DNA from: a virus | Virus record (IMG/VR): IMGVR_UViG_3300037313_000747 | Coordinates: 1-15,939 of that record | DNA length: 15,939 nt | Reading direction: 5' to 3' (one strand) | Shown: positions 7,128-12,468 of the stretch, in pieces | How the letters are laid out: each line of letters starts with the position of its first letter | How positions within the stretch are numbered: the first letter of the stretch is position 1 | Translations under genes and position numbers: made by a program | Notes under the pieces: generated by a model | The model's database searches: none | Told to the model about the DNA's origin: nothing | Seen by the model: the letters and a program-made list of their open reading frames with translations, nothing else

Positions 7128-7459
7128 GCCGCCGGCCTGACCAGCGCGAACGGATAACCGGAGGGTTGTTGGTTCGAGTCCAACCGGGGGAGCGGAGCAC
7201 CGTCAGGTGCCGGACCATCGTCCGGCACCTGACCCGTCTCTAGCCACTCCAGCGGGACTCCTGTCCGCAGTGCCCACAGTCGCAGGGTTGACTTCCTCGG
7301 ATTGATCCGTCCCGACAACCACGTCGAGACGGCCTCCCGACGGACCCCGAGATATTCCGCCATGTCGCCGGCGCTCACACCGCTGATTCGCAGCGCGCGC
7401 CGCATCCGGTCGGGCATGTCGAACTCCAGCCGCGACCAGTCCATCGCTTGGTGACTCAT
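7124..7459 (-). CDS. XRE/Cro-CI-type helix-turn-helix repressor (111 aa), virion-form with C-terminal extension
   Basis: HTH segment VSAGDMAEYLGVRREAVSTWLSG. It is divergent from the early operon and sits directly upstream of, and overlapping, int. Residues 90-102 (LPRLDSNQQPSGY) are the antisense reading of the tRNA-like segment. The protein ends ...FALVRPAA. Confidence 0.8.
   Translation of the reverse strand: MSHQAMDWSRLEFDMPDRMRRALRISGVSAGDMAEYLGVRREAVSTWLSGRINPRKSTLRLWALRTGVPLEWLETGQVPDDGPAPDGAPLPRLDSNQQPSGYPFALVRPAA
7155..7192 (+). other. tRNA 3-prime-half mimic: putative attP common core
   Basis: Perfect T-arm GTTGG-TTCGAGT-CCAAC (7168-7184), then a 7-nt acceptor strand CGGGGGA and G (7185-7192). 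It is preceded by a 5-nt variable-loop-like and a 5-nt anticodon-stem-like segment. No matching 5-prime half (D-arm, 5-prime acceptor, paired anticodon stem) exists upstream, so it is a fragment and not a gene. Confidence 0.65.
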
Positions 7460-7469
7460 AGCCCGAGGG

Positions 7470-7484
7470 TCGCAAGAATCGCGA
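7470..7484. promoter_or_regulatory. Operator-like site O1: TCGCAAGAATCGCGA
   Basis: TCGC-N7-GCGA inverted repeat with an A-rich spacer, 11 nt upstream of the repressor ATG in the divergent intergenic region. It is one of three near-identical 15-mers. Confidence 0.55.
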
Positions 7485-7488
7485 AAAA

Positions 7489-7498
7489 AATCTAGCGT
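7489..7498. promoter_or_regulatory. Back-to-back candidate -10 hexamers: TAGCGT (plus, 7493-7498) and TAGATT (minus, 7494-7489)
   Basis: Both fit the actinobacterial TANNNT form and share a central CTAG. The plus-strand hexamer ends 6 nt before GTG 7505, so a leaderless start is possible. No experimental support. Confidence 0.3.
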
Positions 7499-7504
7499 TT
7501 CGGC

Positions 7505-7867
7505 GTGTCGCTACTTGCGCGTCTCGCAAAAATAGCGATCCTCGCCATTATGACGAACACAAACCCGCCTGAAACGGCCCTCCACCATGCCTACACCTGG
7601 CTAGACGTTTCCGCCTCCTACGGCCGCGAGCGCGCCCAGCTCCTCGCCGTCGACGGCAAGCCGAGCCGCAACGCGCAGATCGCCGAAGCGAACAACCAGC
7701 AGGCGCACGCGCTCAAGCTCGCCGAGATTCATGCGACCCTCGCCGTCGCCGAGGGGATCGGCAAGCTGGTTCAGCTCGCGGAGACGTGGGCGACCACTCC
7801 ATCCCGCGCGACGCTGCCGAGCTACGGCGGAGGCATCCTCCCGCCGCCGGCGGATGGGCGCTACTGA
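7505..7867 (+). CDS. First rightward early protein, hypothetical, helical (120 aa from GTG 7505; 105 aa if ATG 7550)
   Basis: Divergent from the repressor. Neither start has a clear SD. GTG 7505 sits at leaderless distance from a TANNNT hexamer. No HTH motif recognised, so it is not an obvious Cro. Confidence 0.55.
   Translation: MSLLARLAKIAILAIMTNTNPPETALHHAYTWLDVSASYGRERAQLLAVDGKPSRNAQIAEANNQQAHALKLAEIHATLAVAEGIGKLVQLAETWATTPSRATLPSYGGGILPPPADGRY
7524..7538. promoter_or_regulatory. Operator-like site O2: TCGCAAAAATAGCGA
   Basis: Same TCGC-N7-GCGA architecture and orientation as O1, 54 bp away, just inside or upstream of the first rightward ORF. A degenerate related element TCGCTACTTGCGC lies at 7508-7520. 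Confidence 0.55.
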
Positions 7868-8100
7868 TGCCCGCCGAGGTCCGCCCGCCGGTCGACGTCG
7901 GCAGGGTCGCGCTGTGCTCGTCGAATCCGGCTTTGTTCGACTCCCTCGACTACGGCGACCACATGAGCGCCCGCGAGTGGTGCGAAGTGTGTTTCTCGCG
8001 GTCGAGCTGCCGGCTGTACGCGCTCGGCAACCCGGACGCGACCGGCACCTATGGCGGCGACCTGTTCCGCGCCGGCGTGACCGTCATGGCGGTGCGCTGA
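7867..8100 (+). CDS. WhiB-like Fe-S transcription factor (77 aa)
   Basis: Start is ATG 7867 (TGATG overlap), in frame with track ORF 7786-8100. Cys pattern is C-x21-C-x2-C-x5-C (ALC...WCEVCFSRSSC), followed by a GTYGG turn equivalent to the G[VI]WGG motif. Confidence 0.75.
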   Translation: MPAEVRPPVDVGRVALCSSNPALFDSLDYGDHMSAREWCEVCFSRSSCRLYALGNPDATGTYGGDLFRAGVTVMAVR

Positions 8101-8192
8101 TGCGCGCTATCGAGCTGCTCTGTGCCCTTGCCCTGGTCGCCTGGTTCGGCGGCTTTGGCGTCGTCCTCCTACTGATTGCGACTAAGCCATGA
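8100..8192 (+). CDS. 30-codon hydrophobic micro-ORF (MRAIELLCALALVAWFGGFGVVLLLIATKP)
   Basis: ATG 8100 overlaps the WhiB stop (TGATG), and its stop overlaps the next ATG (ATGA). It forms a single predicted TM helix. In frame with the tail of track ORF 7731-8192. Confidence 0.45.
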   Translation: MRAIELLCALALVAWFGGFGVVLLLIATKP

Positions 8193-8917
8193 CCGAAACG
8201 CTGCGCGGTGGAACGTGGAACATGGAGCGCGATCGCGACCCCGAGGTCGCTGCGCGCGAGGCGTTCCGGATCATCGACGATCACAACCTCGACTTCCTCT
8301 GCATTCAGGAGTGCTCGCACTACCTCAAGGCGTTGCGCATGGAGTCGCGCGCCGGTCGCGACGACGGCGGGACGCATGACCTGATCGCGTTCAACTTCGA
8401 GCCCGGCCGCGCCGAGTCGGCGATCCTCGTCCGCCGCACGCTGACCCACGGCAAGGGTTACCAGGTGCGCGCCACTCGCGCCGGCTGGATCACCGTCCGG
8501 GGCGGCACGACACCGCCGAAGTACCTGACGACGGTCCTCCTCGACGGCTGGTTGCGGGTCGTGTGCCTACACACCGCGCCCTCGGTCCGCTGGCGGCAAG
8601 GTCGCATCGTCGGACCGATCCGGCGCGTTGTCTCGATGCGCCAGCTCACACGCGCGGTTGTCCGACTCGCTCGACGTCGTCCCGAACACCCGTTGTTCAT
8701 CGCCGGCGACTGGAACGCCACACCGGACACGCGCGGCCGCTGGTCCCCGCACTGGGTAGGCCGCATGATCGGCGGCAGGGTCATCGCCCCGAAGCTCGGC
8801 ACGCACGGCCGGCGAACGATCGACTTCGCCGTAATCCGCGGCTGTGGCGCGAAGGCAACTCGCGCTGAGTCGTACGGCTCCGATCACCGGGCGGTCGTGT
8901 TCAAGGTGACCCGGTGA
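8189..8917 (+). CDS. Endonuclease/exonuclease/phosphatase (EEP, DNase I-like fold) family protein (242 aa)
   Basis: Ordered EEP motifs are all present: GTWNMER, DFLCIQE, IAGDWNATPD, TIDFAV, GSDHRAV. Confidence 0.75.
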   Translation: MTETLRGGTWNMERDRDPEVAAREAFRIIDDHNLDFLCIQECSHYLKALRMESRAGRDDGGTHDLIAFNFEPGRAESAILVRRTLTHGKGYQVRATRAGWITVRGGTTPPKYLTTVLLDGWLRVVCLHTAPSVRWRQGRIVGPIRRVVSMRQLTRAVVRLARRRPEHPLFIAGDWNATPDTRGRWSPHWVGRMIGGRVIAPKLGTHGRRTIDFAVIRGCGAKATRAESYGSDHRAVVFKVTR

Positions 8918-9180
8918 GCCGGCGGCGTCACAGCACCGCATCCGCCTCGGTGCGCCAGCTCACCGCGCAGGCCGAATCCTTCCCGCTCGCCGAGCCGTGC
9001 TCGACGTGCGGGAAACGCCGCTACCGAACCCGCAAGGCCGCGAAGCTGGCCCTGCGCAAGCTCAACACGTCGGACTCAATGAGCGTCTATCGGTGCGGGG
9101 AGTTCTGGCACTTTGGACACACGCCCTGGCAGGTACGCCGCGGCGTCACCGCCCGGCATGACTGGCAGGCTCCAGAGTGA
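8914..9180 (+). CDS. Small basic Zn-ribbon-like protein (88 aa)
   Basis: GTG 8914 (GTGA overlap). CSTCGKRRYRTRKAAKLAL...VYRCGEFWHFGH gives a C-x2-C ... C ... H-x2-H arrangement. Function unknown. Confidence 0.55.
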   Translation: MSRRRHSTASASVRQLTAQAESFPLAEPCSTCGKRRYRTRKAAKLALRKLNTSDSMSVYRCGEFWHFGHTPWQVRRGVTARHDWQAPE

Positions 9181-9482
9181 TCGGCGAGGACCCCGCCGTC
9201 ACGTCCTGGCGGATCGCACTCGCACCGCGCCCGCAGTATCGCGTAGGCCGGCACTGGTGGCGCGAGCTGGTCACCAGCACCTACCGCGATGCGCGCGACG
9301 CCTGGGAAGCGCGCCGCGAATCCAACGCGCCGGCGTGGGGAGCTGCCGGCGCTGCGCACAGCGGCGCGGCCTGTCACCAGCTCAGCGATACCGAGTACGC
9401 CGAGCTGTACCCGCCGCCGTTGCTGCGCGACTTCCTCGTCCACCTATCGACCGGTGCGCTCGCGCCCGAGAGGATCACATGA
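9177..9482 (+). CDS. Hypothetical protein (101 aa)
   Basis: GTG 9177 (GTGA overlap) and an ATGA overlap at its end. Read codon by codon, third positions are almost all G/C, unlike the competing upstream part of track ORF 9113-10063. Confidence 0.5.
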   Translation: MIGEDPAVTSWRIALAPRPQYRVGRHWWRELVTSTYRDARDAWEARRESNAPAWGAAGAAHSGAACHQLSDTEYAELYPPPLLRDFLVHLSTGALAPERIT

Positions 9483-10063
9483 GCGTCGAGGCTATGGCTG
9501 TCGTGCTTCACCACAGCCGGGCCAGCGGGACTACGAAGCTGGTCCTGCTGGGCATCGCCAACCATGCCGGCGACGGCGGCGCATGGCCGACCGTCGGGAC
9601 CCTGGCGAAGTACGCGAACGTCTCCGAGCGCGCGGTGCAACAGGCGATCGGCAAGCTGGTCAAGCTCGGGGAGCTGTCCGTCGCGCGGCAGGCCGGCGGG
9701 CTCGGCTACCTCAAGCACTACGAACGACCCAACCGTTACGACGTGTTGGTGACCTGCCCGGCGACCTGCGATCGCAGCATGAACCATCGGCAACGCGCCT
9801 ATCCACAGGCTCGACAGCTCACGCTGATCCCGTCCGATTCCGCCACGTCTGACCCGGTGAAGCAGGGTTCACCCGGTGAAGCAGAGTTCACCCGGTCCGG
9901 TGAAGCTGGCTTCACCCAAACCAGTCCTACTAACCCACCTGTAGATCACTCTCCTAGGACTGTCACCAGACCGCGCGCGCGAGCCGCGCGGCCTGAGCAC
10001 CGAGCCGCAATGCTGGAGCAGATACACGCCGCGCTCGACGAGGCGAAGGCGAAGCAGTCATGA
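9479..10063 (+). CDS. Winged-helix/HTH DNA-binding protein of the replication-organiser type (HTH_36-like), 194 aa
   Basis: Start is ATG 9479 (GAGAGGA at 9468-9474), in frame with track ORF 9113-10063. MAVVLHHSRASGTTKLVLLGIANHAGDGGAWPTVGTLAKYANVSERAVQQAIGKLVKLGEL is a widespread phage/plasmid HTH domain. The C-terminal half contains the palindrome array. Confidence 0.7.
   Translation: MSVEAMAVVLHHSRASGTTKLVLLGIANHAGDGGAWPTVGTLAKYANVSERAVQQAIGKLVKLGELSVARQAGGLGYLKHYERPNRYDVLVTCPATCDRSMNHRQRAYPQARQLTLIPSDSATSDPVKQGSPGEAEFTRSGEAGFTQTSPTNPPVDHSPRTVTRPRARAARPEHRAAMLEQIHAALDEAKAKQS
9856..9916. repeat. Three tandem 18-bp palindromes GGTGAAGC-N4-TTCACC (iteron-like)
   Basis: Copies are 9856-9873 GGTGAAGCAGGGTTCACC, 9875-9892 GGTGAAGCAGAGTTCACC and 9899-9916 GGTGAAGCTGGCTTCACC. 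Each has a GGTGAA/TTCACC inverted repeat. Spacing is 19 and 24 bp. Confidence 0.85.
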
Positions 10064-10476
10064 GCGCGTGGGCAGGCCGCAAGGTGCGGCGACTGGTGAC
10101 GATCACCCTCCAGCTCAAGGGCACGACGTGCCACCTGTGCGGGCTGCCCGGCGCGGACAGTGCAGACCACGACCCGCCGCGGTCCGTCCTCGTCGCCTCC
10201 GGTGTGGTCGACCCCGACGCCCTGGTCTATCTGTTCCCGGCCCATCGCTACCCGTGCAACATCAAGCGCAAGGCGCGGACGATCACCGACCAGCTCCGCG
10301 CCGAGCTGCGCGCGGCTCGACTGCGCTACGAAGGCAAGGCCGACGCGATCGCGGACACTCTGTCGCCGCGCTTCGCTCGGCGTCGCGATTTTTTGAGAGC
10401 CGGCAGGACCACGGAAGGTAACGCTTCCCTCTCCCTCCCCGGTTCTCCCACAAAAACCGGAGGCGAGCGACGATGA
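10060..10476 (+). CDS. HNH endonuclease (138 aa)
   Basis: CHLCG...ADHDPP...AHRYPCNIKRK gives C-x2-C, DH and H-x3-CN elements. It lies immediately upstream of terS, the usual partner position in cos-type phages. Confidence 0.8.
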   Translation: MSAWAGRKVRRLVTITLQLKGTTCHLCGLPGADSADHDPPRSVLVASGVVDPDALVYLFPAHRYPCNIKRKARTITDQLRAELRAARLRYEGKADAIADTLSPRFARRRDFLRAGRTTEGNASLSLPGSPTKTGGERR

Positions 10477-10850
10477 CCGCGACCGAACCCGACCCGCTGC
10501 CGCTGCCCGGTCTGGAGGACGGCGTCGACAGCCGCCGAGCCGTGACCGATCTGGAGTCGGCCGTGCGGCGCACGATCGCCGCGCACCAGGAGCTGGATCA
10601 CCTGACCGAAGTCGACGCCGGCAAGTGCGCGATTGCGATCGAGCTGTGTCAGGTCGCCGCCCGCAAGCGCGCCGGCGGGCGCATGTCCACGATCAGCAAC
10701 GACCTGCGGCTACTCCAGGAGATTCTGGATTCGCTCACCCCGGACGCCGACACCGACGTCGACGCGAAGCTCCGCGCGGCCATGGCGGAGTGGTCCGAGG
10801 AGGTGTCGAATGCAGCCGATGCCAGCGCCGAAGTTCGCGACACCCCGTGA
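10473..10850 (+). CDS. terS: Terminase small subunit (125 aa)
   Basis: Position directly upstream of, and overlapping, terL. Acidic helical protein. GGAGG at 10459-10463. The call is mainly positional. Confidence 0.55.
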   Translation: MTATEPDPLPLPGLEDGVDSRRAVTDLESAVRRTIAAHQELDHLTEVDAGKCAIAIELCQVAARKRAGGRMSTISNDLRLLQEILDSLTPDADTDVDAKLRAAMAEWSEEVSNAADASAEVRDTP

Positions 10851-12219
10851 CCTGTCGCGGCCGACGCTCGGCGAGCGGCAAGGGAAGTTCGCGCGGGTCT
10901 GGCTCGGGCAGCCGTTCATGCCCTGGCAGCAGCTTGTGGCCGACGTCGCCGGCGAGCTGCGCCCCGACGGCCTGCCGGTGTACCCGTTGGTCGTGGTCAC
11001 CGTGCAGCGACAGGCCGGCAAGTCGCACCTGGCGATGGCGCAGACCGGAGAGCGGTCGTTCAGCCGGGCCAAGTTCCGGTCTTGGTACACCGCGCAGACC
11101 GGCGGCGACGCGCGCGACCAGTTCCTGAAGTTCGACGAGGAGGTCGTGCAGGGCACGGCGCTGGAGGCGGTCGTCCGAACCCTGCGCGGCAACGGCCACG
11201 AGGTCATGAAGTGGCCGAACGGCTCGCAGCTCCGACCGCACCCGCCGACGGAGACGGCGCTGCACGGCAAGCAGTCCGACCGCAACGACATAGACGAGGG
11301 TTGGGCATTCTCCGAGGACGAGGGCAAGCTGCTGTTGCAGGCGATCAGCCCGACGCAGCTAACCCGCCGCGGCGCGCAGACGTTCATCTGGTCGGCCGGC
11401 GGCACCGCGGCCTCGACCTGGCTCGCCGCGCTGGTGGCTCGCGGCCGCGCCGGTGATCCGAGCATGGCCTATTTCGAGTGGGGCATCCCGGACGAGGCCG
11501 ATCCCGAGGACCTCGACGTGATCGCCGCGCACCATCCCGCATTCGGCCACCTGGTCACCATGGAGTCGCTCAAGGCGATGCGGGCACAGTTCGGCGATGA
11601 CGTCGCCGGCTGGGCGCGCGCCGCGGGTAACCGCTGGACCGAAGTCCTGGGCGGCGCGATCCGGCTCGGCGAGTGGGAGGCCGTCCGGTACGCCGACGCG
11701 ATCCCGGACGGCGCGCCGGTCGGCTACGGTGCGGCGCGGTCCGCGGACGGCTCTCAGGTCGTGGTCGCGGCCGCGGCCGAGGTCGACGGCCGGATCGTGG
11801 CCGAGGTCCTCGACGTGCTGCCGGTGTTCGGCGCGGCCTCGTCGGTCCGCGACTGGATCGCCGGCGGTGCGCTCGCCGTCGACCCGTCCGGCCCGTCGGC
11901 GTCGCTGGCCGACGAGCTGGAGCGGCTCGGTGCGCGCATGGTGCCGATGCGCTCGCGCGACGCCGCGGCCGCGACCTCGAATCTGCTCGACGGCATCGCC
12001 GCACGGGCGTACCTGTTCCGGCAACACGTCGCCCTCGACGCCGCGGTGAAGGTCGCCGGCACCCGCGCAATCGGCGACGGCGGCAAGACGCTGGCCCGTG
12101 TCGCGGCCGGCGCGCCGATCGCCGCGCTGGAGGCGTGCCGAGAGGCAGCCTGGGCCGTCACGCACCGCCCGCGCGAGCTTGGCAAGCCCGTTGTTCGGTT
12201 CGGACAGGAGGTCGCCTGA
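10810..12219 (+). CDS. terL: Terminase large subunit (469 aa)
   Basis: Start is ATG 10810 (GAGGAGG at 10796-10802), in frame with track ORF 10633-12219, giving a 41-nt overlap with terS. Walker A-like VQRQAGKS, Walker B-like DRNDIDEGW, and a C-terminal nuclease-sized domain. Confidence 0.85.
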   Translation: MQPMPAPKFATPRDLSRPTLGERQGKFARVWLGQPFMPWQQLVADVAGELRPDGLPVYPLVVVTVQRQAGKSHLAMAQTGERSFSRAKFRSWYTAQTGGDARDQFLKFDEEVVQGTALEAVVRTLRGNGHEVMKWPNGSQLRPHPPTETALHGKQSDRNDIDEGWAFSEDEGKLLLQAISPTQLTRRGAQTFIWSAGGTAASTWLAALVARGRAGDPSMAYFEWGIPDEADPEDLDVIAAHHPAFGHLVTMESLKAMRAQFGDDVAGWARAAGNRWTEVLGGAIRLGEWEAVRYADAIPDGAPVGYGAARSADGSQVVVAAAAEVDGRIVAEVLDVLPVFGAASSVRDWIAGGALAVDPSGPSASLADELERLGARMVPMRSRDAAAATSNLLDGIAARAYLFRQHVALDAAVKVAGTRAIGDGGKTLARVAAGAPIAALEACREAAWAVTHRPRELGKPVVRFGQEVA

Positions 12220-12410
12220 TGTTCCGGTTTGACCGCACACAACGCTCCGTCGTTGTCATCTGCACCCGGTGCGGCGCGCGGGACGTGTTCACCGATCCCG
12301 CGCCCGCGGAGACGTGGGCAGCGCTGCACCTGCGCGACGCGCACCCCGCGCCGACACCGGAGCGCAAGGCCGCGCTGACCGCCGGCAGGGTCCGCGACCA
12401 CCGTCGCTAA
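12219..12410 (+). CDS. Small hypothetical protein (63 aa) between terminase and portal
   Basis: ATG 12219 overlaps the terL stop (TGATG), with GGAGG at 12207-12211. Contains CTRCG. In frame with the tail of track ORF 11673-12410. Confidence 0.45.
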   Translation: MFRFDRTQRSVVVICTRCGARDVFTDPAPAETWAALHLRDAHPAPTPERKAALTAGRVRDHRR

Positions 12411-12418
12411 AATCGCGA
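12404..12418. promoter_or_regulatory. Distal copy of the operator-like motif, O3: TCGCTAAAATCGCGA
   Basis: Same 15-bp TCGC-N7-GCGA architecture, A-rich spacer and orientation as O1 and O2. It spans the stop codon of the 63-aa ORF at the start of the only sizeable gap (58 nt) inside the structural operon, upstream of portal. Confidence 0.5.
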
Positions 12419-12468
12419 CACGCGCAAAATGTGCTTTGGGTTGTAACGCTGGGGCGAAGGCTTGAGGA

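Noticed and set aside
7140-7195. A complete tRNA gene
   Set aside because: Only the T-arm, the acceptor 3-prime strand and part of the variable/anticodon-stem region are present. The upstream bases cannot form the anticodon stem, D-arm or 5-prime acceptor strand.
8165-8180. ATTGCGA at about 8167-8173 as an operator half-site
   Set aside because: It is a single 7-nt half-site inside coding sequence with no partner half, which is expected by chance.
9856-9916. CRISPR array
   Set aside because: There are only three 18-bp units separated by 1 and 6 nt, with no spacers, and they lie inside a coding region. The layout fits protein-binding iterons, not CRISPR.
10383-10397. TCGCGATTTTTTGAG as a fourth full operator (reverse orientation)
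   Set aside because: Only the first 10 bases match the reverse form of the motif (TCGCGATTTT), and the second half-site is missing. It is kept only as a note in the cos-region finding.
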